A stretch of 47,459 nucleotides of DNA from Candidatus Parvarchaeota archaeon (GCA_017609105.1 JAFCEQ010000003.1:1-47459), one strand, 5' to 3'; counted from the first letter of the stretch, positions 38,641-47,459 are shown. Notes: generated by a model not told the origin, from the sequence alone. A program made the numbers and translations.

Positions 38641-39285
38641 ATGTTAAAAGCTATTGTTTTCGATGTTGATGGAGTTTTATTAGACAGTGAAAAAGCGATT
38701 TTTTCTTTTTTCAAAGACATGCTTAAAACTTTTGGATTTCCTAAACCCTCTGAAGAAAGAATAAATGCTTCTTACGGGAAAACAACAAAGGAGTGGGTGC
38801 TTGATTTAACAGGAAAGATTAAAAAAGAAAAATTAAATGAAATGATGAAATGGGCGCATGAACATTATTTTAAAGATTATTTATTTAAAAAAGCTAAATT
38901 ATTTTCAAATACAAGAAAAGTTCTTGAAGTTCTGAGCAAAGATTATCTTCTTTTTATTCTTTCTAATAATGAAAAAAAAGTGCTTGAAGAAATATTAGAG
39001 AAGTATGGTATAAAAAAATATTTTAAAAAAGCTCTCAGCAGAGAAGATGTGAAGAAATATAAACCAAATCCAGAAGGAATAAACAAATTAATAAAAGAAT
39101 TCAAATTAAAAAAGGAAGAAATAATTTATGTTGGAGACACTGAAATAGATGTGATTACAGGAAATAAAGCAAGAATTAAAACAATAATTATTGGTAAAAG
39201 AGAAATTAATCTTAAAGGATTAAAGTTTTACAGAATCAAGAGTATAAGTGAATTATCAAGAGTATTAAGAATAATTAGTAAGTAA
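38641..39285 (+). CDS. HAD-family hydrolase
   Basis: FDVDGVLLDS, KPNP, YVGDTEID. Confidence 0.92.
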   Translation: MLKAIVFDVDGVLLDSEKAIFSFFKDMLKTFGFPKPSEERINASYGKTTKEWVLDLTGKIKKEKLNEMMKWAHEHYFKDYLFKKAKLFSNTRKVLEVLSKDYLLFILSNNEKKVLEEILEKYGIKKYFKKALSREDVKKYKPNPEGINKLIKEFKLKKEEIIYVGDTEIDVITGNKARIKTIIIGKREINLKGLKFYRIKSISELSRVLRIISK

Positions 39286-39335
39286 ATTCTGTTTTTTAAT
39301 TCTTTGAATTACAATAACAAATTTAAGTAAAGATT

Positions 39336-40079
39336 TTGTTAATTATTTTTATGAATCTGTTTTCTAATAAAAAAAAGGAAATAAGTTTAGCAAGCATTGA
39401 AAATGAAGAAGAAAAAAAAATTGAGAAAAGATTTTATGATAAATTCAGAAAAGATTACGAGGATCTTAAGAAATTATTTTTTAATATTAAAAGAGTTGAA
39501 GCACAATTAAACCTGCCTTTACTAAAAAAGAACATTGATTTTAAAGCAGGAAGGAATGTTAATCCTGAGTTTGAAAAAAATTATTTACGAGAAACAGAAG
39601 AATTATTAGAAAAAACTTATGAAGAAATCATAAGAACTAATGTATTAAAAAATGTTAATAAGTTTGTTAAGGAATTGAAAAGATTAAAAAAAGAAAGAAA
39701 AAAGTATTATCAGAAGAATAACATTAAAACAAACAAAATAGAAGAGTTTTATGATGAGCAAATAAGGAGTTTGAAAAGAATTTGTAAAACAAGCAATAAG
39801 TTAATGAAGAAAATAAAACAAACAACGAATAATAATATGATTAAAGTGTTGGCTGTTCTTAATGTAATAACTCGTTTATTGTACATGACGAGCTTATGCG
39901 TTTTCTTAATGAAAGAAGGGAACATGAAGATTAATGAAGGAATCCTTAGTCTTGAAGTTGAGGCTTCCATAGCGCAAGAAGATTTTAAGAAGAGTATTGA
40001 GAAAGAAGATGTTTTAGAAGTCAATGAATTAGAAGAAGTAATGCGTTCTTGTGATAATGCGATTAGCGCGTGCGCTTAA
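39336..40079 (+). CDS. Helical hypothetical protein
   Basis: 247 aa ORF. Likely start at ATG 39351. Confidence 0.6.
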   Translation: MLIIFMNLFSNKKKEISLASIENEEEKKIEKRFYDKFRKDYEDLKKLFFNIKRVEAQLNLPLLKKNIDFKAGRNVNPEFEKNYLRETEELLEKTYEEIIRTNVLKNVNKFVKELKRLKKERKKYYQKNNIKTNKIEEFYDEQIRSLKRICKTSNKLMKKIKQTTNNNMIKVLAVLNVITRLLYMTSLCVFLMKEGNMKINEGILSLEVEASIAQEDFKKSIEKEDVLEVNELEEVMRSCDNAISACA

Positions 40080-40142
40080 AAATTATTAATAATGTTCTTA
40101 GTAAAAAGTTTTTTAATTTAAGAAATTACTTTCTTTTTCATT

Positions 40143-41261
40143 ATGAGTGACGTGGAACGCATTAAGGAAAGAATAAAGGAATTGCAAGAGGAGATTAATA
40201 GGACTCAGAAGAATAAAGCCACTAACTTTCACATAGGAAGTCTTAAGCGTAAGATAAGCAGGTTAAAAGAAGAGTTAAGACAGAAAAGCAGTAAAGGAGG
40301 CGGGGGTAGTGGTTATACTGTTAAGAAGCAAGGTGATGCTACAGCAGTTCTTGTTGGATTCCCTAGTGTTGGTAAGAGCACGTTACTTAATGCTTTAACT
40401 AGTGCTGAATCAAAAGTAGGGGCTTATGACTTCACAACTCTTGACGCGATTCCAGGCATGATGGAGTATAAGGATGCGCGCATTCAATTGATTGACTTAC
40501 CAGGAATTATTAATGAAGCAGCTGTTGGTCGTGGCGGTGGAAAACAAATCCTTAGTGTTGTGCGTAACTCAGATTTAATACTAATAGTTCTTGATTACAA
40601 AGGGCTTGATAAGTTATCAATTATTGAGAATGAATTGTTTGATTTTAATTTAAGATTAGATACTAAACCTCCTAGAGTGAGTATTAAGAAGAAAGACAGA
40701 GGAGGCATTAATATTGAAAGTGTTCGCTTAACTAAAATCACAAGAGAAGAAATAATTAAGTTATTGAATGAGCATAAAATTCATAATGCTGATATTATAA
40801 TTTATGAGGACTTAAGCTTAGAAGAATTAAATGATGTGCTTGAAAATAATAGGCATTACGTTCCTTCAATGATAGTCATTACTAAGAGTGATCAAGCAAG
40901 TGAAGAAGAGAAGAACAAGGTTAAGGAATTCATAAGAAGGATTAGTGAACAAGGCAGGAGTGCTGTGTTCGTTAGTGCTGAAACAAAAACTAATATTGAT
41001 GATTTAAAACAATTAATTTTTGATAAATTGGGTTTTATTCGCGTGTACACTAAGCCTGTTGGCAAGAAAATGAAGAAAACAGAACCAATTATCTTAAAGA
41101 AAGGCAGTACTGTAAGGGATGTTTGCACGCGAATTCATAAGGATTTTGTTAAGAAATTCAGAGAAGCAAGGATTTGGGGCAGTAGTGTTAGGTTTGCAGG
41201 TCAAAGAGTAGGGCTTGACCATGAATTAAATGATGAAGATGTTATAAGAATAATCATATAA
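40143..41261 (+). CDS. DRG/Rbg1 OBG-family GTPase with TGS domain
   Basis: QKNKATNFHIG, GFPSVGKST, YDFTT, DLPG, TKSD, C-terminal TGS. Confidence 0.95.
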   Translation: MSDVERIKERIKELQEEINRTQKNKATNFHIGSLKRKISRLKEELRQKSSKGGGGSGYTVKKQGDATAVLVGFPSVGKSTLLNALTSAESKVGAYDFTTLDAIPGMMEYKDARIQLIDLPGIINEAAVGRGGGKQILSVVRNSDLILIVLDYKGLDKLSIIENELFDFNLRLDTKPPRVSIKKKDRGGINIESVRLTKITREEIIKLLNEHKIHNADIIIYEDLSLEELNDVLENNRHYVPSMIVITKSDQASEEEKNKVKEFIRRISEQGRSAVFVSAETKTNIDDLKQLIFDKLGFIRVYTKPVGKKMKKTEPIILKKGSTVRDVCTRIHKDFVKKFREARIWGSSVRFAGQRVGLDHELNDEDVIRIII

Positions 41262-41299
41262 GTTAAACTTAAAAATAGTGTTTTTAATCATAAATTATT

Positions 41300-41977
41300 A
41301 TGAAGCAAGATAATAAAAGAACTTATTTGAACACTAAGCAATGGAATTACTTAACTAAAGTTAAGAAAATGGGACCTTATACTGGGTGTTATGGTATTTC
41401 TTTAGATTCTTGCAGACCAACAGAATGGTGTTTTAAACATTGTTATGTTCGTAAGAACAACAAATACGAACTCCTCAATGTAAAAACAGCTCTAGAAAGA
41501 AGAACATTAGAACTTTTGAATCCTTATTTCGCAGAAAACCTGATTATTGAAGTTAATAAGAGACCAAGTATTAAGTATATTAGATTTTTTCTTTCAGGTG
41601 ATATTCCTGAGAAACCAAAAAGTGTTTTTCCTGAAAAATTCTTTAATGACTTTCATTATATAGCAGATAATCTCCCGAACATTCCAATAAGATTCACAAC
41701 TCGAAAAACACATATTTTTCCTGATGAAATAAGAGAACTTCATTTTGGACATGCTAATATAAGTATTTCACAAAGCCTTGACCCTCAATTACCAGAACCT
41801 TATTTTAAGGACATGCCTTGGACAGCTCCTGAAGATTTGCCTTACGTTTTAGAACACATGAAGGATAAAAACGTGCATTTTTGCATAAATGATTGCCCTA
41901 CTTGCGGTTATAAGTGCTGGCCTGATCCTAAAAGCTCTGCTAAAAAAGTTTTCGGAAATTATTGGAAGATTTTATGA
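41300..41977 (+). CDS. GP88-like (radical SAM-related) Cys-motif protein
   Basis: CRPTEWCFKHCY, RFFLSGDI, TTR, NISISQSLD, C...CPTC..KCW. Confidence 0.6.
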   Translation: MKQDNKRTYLNTKQWNYLTKVKKMGPYTGCYGISLDSCRPTEWCFKHCYVRKNNKYELLNVKTALERRTLELLNPYFAENLIIEVNKRPSIKYIRFFLSGDIPEKPKSVFPEKFFNDFHYIADNLPNIPIRFTTRKTHIFPDEIRELHFGHANISISQSLDPQLPEPYFKDMPWTAPEDLPYVLEHMKDKNVHFCINDCPTCGYKCWPDPKSSAKKVFGNYWKIL

Positions 41978-42111
41978 ACACTGATTTCATGAAGCACTTA
42001 TTAAATTAATAATACATCACACATAATTTAAATAACTCATTCTTGTTTTTAATTATAAATCAAGAGTTCAAGTCCTGAAAAAATCATTATTAATAATTCT
42101 TTTATGCTTAA

Positions 42112-43941
42112 TTAAATTTTTTTTATCTTAACATTAATTATTTTTAAATTAGGTTCTTTACTGAAAGGGTCAAGTGATAATGGGATTAATTTATTCACAA
42201 AAGCATTATTAAAATGGTATGGCACAACAATAACTCCTTTTCTCACCTTATTATTCTCTTCTACTGGAACTCTTATTCTTCCTTTTCTTGAAAAAATTTC
42301 AATTTCATCTCCATCAACTAAATTCTCTTTTTTTAAATCAAAAGGATTCATATATGCTTTTGCTTTATTAATTATTTTTTTAAGAGAATTACAATTCAAA
42401 GTTAATTCAGAAGTTGTGAAGTGATAAGGCAGTCTTTTTGTTGTAAGCAAATATGGAAATTCCTTATTAACCTCGTGTTCAACAGCAGTGTATTCAACAG
42501 GAACAAGTTTTTTCCATTTTCTTTTTTTTTCAGCAAAAAATCCTTCAATCTTGAATAAATCTTTAAAATTAATTTTTTTATAAGCAGGAATTGTACTTAT
42601 TATTTCCTTAGTTATTTCTTCAACATTTTTATAATCTTTACCGCCAAACTCTTTAAATAATTCAGCAATTATTCTCCATTTCTCCTTTCCATACAATGGA
42701 TTAAGAACTTTATTAAAAATTCTCACTCTTCTTTCTGCATTAGTCATTGTTCCTTCTTCCTCAAAATGCGTTGCGCAAGGAAGAACAACATCAGCGAATT
42801 TAAGCATCCTTGACTTATGAGAACCAATATAAATAAGAAATATTTCTTTTAGTTTTTTATGAACAGTATTTAATTCAGGCAAGGATTTCGCAATATTTGA
42901 TTCTAAAACAATAATTGTTCTTAATTCATCTTCAAAAAGCATTTCAAGAAAAGTTTTGTTTCTTGGAAGAACTCCTACGTCCCCGCATCCTTGAATATTA
43001 TTTTTTCCTCTCATAGGAATTAAAAAACCATTTTTTAATATTGAAAGATTACTCACTCCTAAAGCATTTTTTGTTCCAAGAGTGTGTTGAACTAAAGCCA
43101 TACCAAAAAGAAAAGAAGGTTTTTTTGATTCACATAATATTTCTGAAATTTTTTTTAATTTCTTCTTATCAGCTCTGCAATTCTTTGATACAATGTTTAA
43201 TTCATAATTTTTTAATGAAAGAACATATTTTCTAAAATCCTTATTTTTTTCTAATTTTTTATCAAACTTTTTTGATTTAATAATCTCTTTCGCTAAATAA
43301 TTAAGTATTGGTAAGAACTCGCCTACATCAATAGAGAGGCATTCATCAACAAAATCTGAAGTAAAATTAAAACTATCATAAATTAAAACAATTTTCGCAC
43401 CTTTCTCTTTTGCTTTAATTATTCTTTCAAAAAAAGTTGGGTAATCTGATTTTGTGTCAGAACCAAAAATGAATATTGCGTCTGATTTTTCAATATCCCC
43501 TATTCTTGATTCCATTGCTTCAATCCCGTACGCTATTTTCATTGCTTTAACACTGCTCGCATGGCATAAAGAAGCGCTTGAATCCTTTTCTGATTTTAAC
43601 ATCTCCGCTAACTTAACTAATAAATAGTTCGCTTCATTGCTTGCACTTCCAGAACCATAAAAACACAGATTTTCTGAAGAAGTTTCTTTTATTCTTTCAA
43701 TAATAATAGAATATGCTTTCCCCCAAGTTGTTGGAACTAATTTACCTTTTTTTCTTATAAGAGGTGTTTTTATTCTATTTTTTGATAAAAACTCATAAGC
43801 TTTTAAACCCTTAATGCATGGCTTGCCTTTGCTCACTGGATCTTCTTTTATGGGAGAAGCACTAATTATTTTGTTATTTTTTACAAAAAAATTTAATTTG
43901 CAACCGCAACCGCAGAAAGGACAAATAGTCGTTCTTCTCAT
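42112..43941 (-). CDS. Molybdopterin oxidoreductase, formate dehydrogenase alpha subunit-like
   Basis: CPFCGCGC...CIKG Fe-S motif, LCH, RGKNNIQG, ADVVLP, GTMTNAERR, C-terminal molydop-binding domain. Confidence 0.88.
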   Translation of the reverse strand: MRRTTICPFCGCGCKLNFFVKNNKIISASPIKEDPVSKGKPCIKGLKAYEFLSKNRIKTPLIRKKGKLVPTTWGKAYSIIIERIKETSSENLCFYGSGSASNEANYLLVKLAEMLKSEKDSSASLCHASSVKAMKIAYGIEAMESRIGDIEKSDAIFIFGSDTKSDYPTFFERIIKAKEKGAKIVLIYDSFNFTSDFVDECLSIDVGEFLPILNYLAKEIIKSKKFDKKLEKNKDFRKYVLSLKNYELNIVSKNCRADKKKLKKISEILCESKKPSFLFGMALVQHTLGTKNALGVSNLSILKNGFLIPMRGKNNIQGCGDVGVLPRNKTFLEMLFEDELRTIIVLESNIAKSLPELNTVHKKLKEIFLIYIGSHKSRMLKFADVVLPCATHFEEEGTMTNAERRVRIFNKVLNPLYGKEKWRIIAELFKEFGGKDYKNVEEITKEIISTIPAYKKINFKDLFKIEGFFAEKKRKWKKLVPVEYTAVEHEVNKEFPYLLTTKRLPYHFTTSELTLNCNSLKKIINKAKAYMNPFDLKKENLVDGDEIEIFSRKGRIRVPVEENNKVRKGVIVVPYHFNNAFVNKLIPLSLDPFSKEPNLKIINVKIKKI

Positions 43942-43977
43942 AATAATTATAATTAAGGATTTCAGGATTAAAAGTGT

Positions 43978-44502
43978 TTAGAAAATAAGGGTTAAAAAAA
44001 TTAAGAAAAGATTAATAAAAAAACCAATAACAGCATATTTTTTTATATTAGGCTTCCACATCCTAACTATGATTGGGCCTGCAATAACATAAGGAAGTAA
44101 TAATTCTCTTATAATAAAACGTATTAAAATTGATAAATTAAAGAAAGACAAGAAAGTAAAATCAGTTAATGAATAAATTAATACTTGTGTGCAGTCATAA
44201 AAACTGTCAAAAACCCAAGCGTAAGCGAAGAAACGTAATTTATTAAATAATAAGAACAATGTAGTGAATAAAAACGAAAATAATATTTCTTCTAATAATC
44301 CTAAAAACATCGCATTAAGATTATACATTTGTTTTGTCTCATAACTTATTATGAAATCAAAACCTCCTGTTTTTAAACCACCAACATAATAAGCTAAGTG
44401 CCTGAGCCAATTAGGAAGTAATAATAGTATGAAAATAATTAAGAATTCTTTTTTATTAATTTTTTTAACTTTATTTAACGCCTTACTTAAACAATTCTTC
44501 AT
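43978..44502 (-). CDS. Multi-pass membrane protein
   Basis: About 5 hydrophobic segments. Confidence 0.65.
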   Translation of the reverse strand: MKNCLSKALNKVKKINKKEFLIIFILLLLPNWLRHLAYYVGGLKTGGFDFIISYETKQMYNLNAMFLGLLEEILFSFLFTTLFLLFNKLRFFAYAWVFDSFYDCTQVLIYSLTDFTFLSFFNLSILIRFIIRELLLPYVIAGPIIVRMWKPNIKKYAVIGFFINLFLIFLTLIF

Positions 44503-44558
44503 TGATTATAGTAATAAGAGAAAGATTTTTAAAAGCATTTATGTGTTTATAAAGGATA

Positions 44559-44669
44559 ATGAAAAGAAGTTCACGTCATTGGAAAATGAAAATAACAAAG
44601 TATAGATGGAAGACTAAAAAGAAGAAGATGCGTGAAATGAAGAAAAGAAGATTAAGAAGAAAAAGATAA
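44559..44669 (+). CDS. rpl41e: Ribosomal protein eL41/eS32-like (36 aa, not in ORF track)
   Basis: MKRSSRHWKMKITKYRWKTKKKKMREMKKRRLRRKR*, with TATA-like sequence upstream. Confidence 0.8.
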   Translation: MKRSSRHWKMKITKYRWKTKKKKMREMKKRRLRRKR

Positions 44670-44691
44670 AAAAAATAAAAAATTTTTTAGT

Positions 44692-44934
44692 TTATTCTTT
44701 AAAAACCTCATCACCAGGTCTAACAACATCTTTTACTTTTAAGCCGATTTCCTGTCCTTTTGTTGCAACCATTATTGGTTCCCTATTTATTTGCATTGAA
44801 TCAACTGTTTGTTCAAAATTTGTTGTAGCTCCTTTAATAAGGATTTTATCACCTATTTTCAGTTCATCCATTAGTTTAACTACTGCAACATTAATGCCTG
44901 AAAAGTAATGAGTTATTTCACCAACTTTAACCAT
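44692..44934 (-). CDS. Translation elongation factor-like beta-barrel protein (U32 C-terminal-like)
   Basis: VGEITHYFSGINVAVV...GD.I.IKG.TT.FEQ.V.SMQ...GLKV...VRPGD.V. Confidence 0.8.
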   Translation of the reverse strand: MVKVGEITHYFSGINVAVVKLMDELKIGDKILIKGATTNFEQTVDSMQINREPIMVATKGQEIGLKVKDVVRPGDEVFKE

Positions 44935-45016
44935 ATATTATATTTAAATTTAGTGTATATAAATTATTTTTGATTAAGAATTTTTTTTTAAATTTCAATA
45001 AAAAAAAACATTGTCT

Positions 45017-45033
45017 CGAAAATTATTTAAGCA
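45017..45033 (+). promoter_or_regulatory. BRE/TATA promoter of tRNA-Leu
   Basis: CGAAAA-TTATTTAAGCA about 30 nt upstream of the tRNA 5' end. Confidence 0.55.
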
Positions 45034-45056
45034 AAACATGAGAACATTTTTTTTAA

Positions 45057-45140
45057 GCAGGGGTGCCGGAGCGGTCAAACGGGGTAGGCTAAGGACCTAC
45101 TGGCTTAGTGCCTGCGCGAGTTCGAATCTCGTCCCCTGCA
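45057..45140 (+). tRNA. tRNA-Leu(AAG)
   Basis: GCAGGGG/CCCCTGC-A acceptor, GTAGG-CT-AAG-GA-CCTAC arm, long variable arm, TTCGAAT T-loop. Confidence 0.9.
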
Positions 45141-45199
45141 TTTCTTAGAAACTAAATATTATTAAAATTATATTTCTTAAAATATTTAGGTGATTTTTT

Positions 45200-45766
45200 A
45201 TGATAAGCATAAAAGATAATATAATTAAAATGAAAAACATGAGTGAATTAACTTTAGACCTTGCTTATTCCGCAGCTTTCTTAAAAGATATTAAATTAGC
45301 AAAACAAGTGGAAGAATTAAACAATGAAATAAAAAAAATTGAAAAAGATGTTTTAAAACTTTTATTCAAAATAAAAGAAAATGATGAGAAAAGACTATTA
45401 ATAATTGAATTAATTGACAGCATAAAAGATATTTCAAATTCTGCATTAAATATTTCAAAAATTGCAAGAGGAAACAATTATCCAGAAATCATTAAAAACA
45501 TTCTTTCAGAAACACAAGAGAGAATAATAACTTGTGAAATAAAAAAGAATTCGCATTTAATAAATAAAAGTTTAAACGAAACAAAATTCAGAACTTTCAC
45601 AAAAACACAAATACTTGCAATAAAAAGAAAAAATGAATGGATTTTTAATGTTAATAAAAACACTATCTTAAAAGAAAATGATTTCTTAATAGGAAAAGGG
45701 TATGAGGGTTCTTCAAAATTAGTAAAAGATTTTGTAAAACAAAAAGAGAATAAATTAATAGTTTAA
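45200..45766 (+). CDS. PhoU-like + TrkA-C (RCK-C) domain protein
   Basis: MKNMSELTLDLAYSA N-terminus and ILAIKR...L.END.LI..G C-terminus. Precedes MgtE-type genes. Confidence 0.85.
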   Translation: MISIKDNIIKMKNMSELTLDLAYSAAFLKDIKLAKQVEELNNEIKKIEKDVLKLLFKIKENDEKRLLIIELIDSIKDISNSALNISKIARGNNYPEIIKNILSETQERIITCEIKKNSHLINKSLNETKFRTFTKTQILAIKRKNEWIFNVNKNTILKENDFLIGKGYEGSSKLVKDFVKQKENKLIV

Positions 45767-45789
45767 AAAAAAATAAAGAGGGCTTTACT

Positions 45790-46320
45790 GTGAAAAGATT
45801 TAATCAAATAATGTTAGCAGAATCCTTAAGCATTTTTGGAGGAAGTTTAGCAGGTTTTCTTCTTACAGGACTCGCACACAAACTTGAAATCATTCCAGGA
45901 GTATTAATACTCCTACCAGGATTCCTTGAAATGAGAGGGAACATTGGAGGTTCTGTTTCTGCAAGAATAAGCTCTGCCCTTCATATTGGAACACAAAAAG
46001 CAGAATTCAAAATAAACAAAAGAATAACAAAAAATTTCTTAGTTGGAATGACTTTATCAATTTTAGTGAGCTTAATTTTAGGACTCCTTGCCATACTTGT
46101 AGAATATATTTTAATAAAAAAAATAGTTCACACTCTTATGTTCATTTCTATTATTGCAGCAGTTATTAGTAACCTTATTTCATTGCCACTTGTCATTTTT
46201 TTAACTATTTATTTATATAAAAAAAATTTAGACCCTGATAATTTTATGGGAGCAATAATCACAACCCTTGGGGACATCATTAGCATAATCTCTCTTTACA
46301 TTGCTTTAATAATTGTCTAA
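45790..46320 (+). CDS. MgtE/SLC41 integral membrane domain protein (half 1)
   Basis: PGFLEMRGNIG, SALHIG, LDPDNF..AIITTLGD. Confidence 0.9.
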   Translation: MKRFNQIMLAESLSIFGGSLAGFLLTGLAHKLEIIPGVLILLPGFLEMRGNIGGSVSARISSALHIGTQKAEFKINKRITKNFLVGMTLSILVSLILGLLAILVEYILIKKIVHTLMFISIIAAVISNLISLPLVIFLTIYLYKKNLDPDNFMGAIITTLGDIISIISLYIALIIV

Positions 46321-46331
46321 CGGTGATTTAA

Positions 46332-46892
46332 ATAAAAAACACTTATTTTGAAATAATAAAGGAAAGCATAAGAATCTTAGTAATTAGTTCAATAATAAGC
46401 ACAATCGGAGGAATATGCTTAGAAAATATTAAACAAAACTTTCTTTATATTACTCCAATCATTATTTTAATACCTGCCTTGAATGATGCAAGCGGTGATT
46501 TAGGTTCAATAATCTCTTTTAAATTCACGACATTATTATTTTTAGGAAAAATTGGAAAAAAGAAATTATGGGATAAAGACTTAATGAACTTATTTAAAGA
46601 AGTATTTCTTCTGAGCATTTTTATTTCATTAATCATAAGCATTTTATCAAATTTATTAGGAATACTCATTGGATTCAATTTTAATTACAATGTTTTTCTA
46701 AAAATAACATTAATATCTTTCACAATTATTGTTTTAACAACGATTGTCTTATTTTTTGTTTCAATAATTATTGGTTTAATACTCTTTAAAAAAAACCAAA
46801 ATCCAGACAATTACTTAATTCCTATAACAACAGCTTTAGCTGATTTAACAAGCATGATAATATTGTATTTTTCAGTAAAATTATTCTTCTAA
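46332..46892 (+). CDS. MgtE/SLC41 integral membrane domain protein (half 2); probable ATA start
   Basis: IPALNDASGDLGS, NPDNYLIPITTALAD. The frame extends 49 codons upstream of the track's TTG to ATA 46332. Confidence 0.85.
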   Translation: MKNTYFEIIKESIRILVISSIISTIGGICLENIKQNFLYITPIIILIPALNDASGDLGSIISFKFTTLLFLGKIGKKKLWDKDLMNLFKEVFLLSIFISLIISILSNLLGILIGFNFNYNVFLKITLISFTIIVLTTIVLFFVSIIIGLILFKKNQNPDNYLIPITTALADLTSMIILYFSVKLFF

Positions 46893-46923
46893 AAATTTTT
46901 ATACAAATTAGAATAGTTAAATA

Positions 46924-46931
46924 TTTAAATA
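46924..46931 (+). promoter_or_regulatory. Candidate TATA box of the rRNA promoter
   Basis: TTTAAATA just upstream of the structured 16S leader. Confidence 0.45.
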
Positions 46932-47142
46932 CAACAACAATAAATTGTGAATACCTTTGAAACACAATACCGGCTGTGTTTTGAGGAAAAGAAAGGGTTA
47001 CACTAATCTAATTTCTTTCCAATGAGAAACACGAAGTGTTATCTCAAAGGCACATAAAAAATGAGATAATTAATGAAAAAACATTAATTATTGATGTTTT
47101 GGTGATACTTGAATTAGAGTAAACGCTAATTCCTTCCCCATA

Positions 47143-47459
47143 ACTCCAGTTTATCCTGCTGGAGGTCACCGCTATCTGGTTGGGGATTAGACATGCAAGG
47201 CAAAAGGGTCGGGCTTGCCTGACTTCTTGCCGAACGGCTCAGTAACACGTAGACAACCTGCCCTATGGTAAGGGATAACCTCGGGAAACTGAGGATAATA
47301 CCTTATAGAGAGGAGAGTCTGGAATGTTCTCCTTTCAAAAGATTTTTTATCGCCATAGGATGGGTCTGCGGCAGATTAGGCTGTTGGTGGTGTAACGGAC
47401 CACCAAACCTATGATCTGTACGGGCTCTGAGAGGAGTGGCCCGGAGAAGGGCACTGAGA
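47143..47459 (+). rRNA. rrs: 16S rRNA, 5' part (truncated by window end)
   Basis: ACTCCAGTTTATCCTGCTGGA start, CATGCAAG, ACGGCTCAGTAACACGT, GGGATAACCTCGGGAAACTGAGG, CACTGAGA. Sharp rise in GC content. Confidence 0.97.

Noticed and set aside
42073-43966. 8-bp inverted repeat (tcctgaaa/tttcagga) flanking the FDH-like gene
   Set aside because: It is too short to be significant, with no transposase or target duplication.
28280-45056. Leaderless tRNA transcription as in N. equitans
   Set aside because: Candidate TATA boxes lie at variable distances (about -31, -33, -38) from the tRNA 5' ends.
986-46678. Many short antisense ORFs in the track (e.g. 2605-2943, 10426-10983, 26307-26633, 36471-36815)
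   Set aside because: They are shadows of well-supported genes on the opposite strand.

Overview
Low-GC archaeal chromosome segment. The gene content and divergent 16S suggest a DPANN/Nanobdellota-like organism (inference). Housekeeping genes: tmk-like, pcn, RPA small subunit, tfs, sec11, rpoL, nop5-flpA, thrS, thermosome, leuS, AMP phosphorylase, rio1-KH-top6B-top6A, DRG GTPase, and an eL41/eS32-like ORF missed by the ORF track. There is also a ~10.5 kb type IV pilus locus with five class III signal peptide proteins (one >1000 aa), an ATPase and two platform proteins, plus four tRNA genes (two with BHB introns) and the 5' end of 16S rRNA. The most unusual signal is in decoding: a tRNA-Leu with an A34 anticodon (AAG), an intron-containing tRNA-Ile(UAU), and two genes that appear to start at ATA after a GGTGA ribosome-binding motif. 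Other oddities are a PilC-type protein fused to an Ig-like domain, two large insertions in Top6B, an orphan gp88-like gene and a stand-alone FDH-like subunit. No CRISPR array, transposase or integrase was seen. All family calls come from motif recognition by eye, not database searches.
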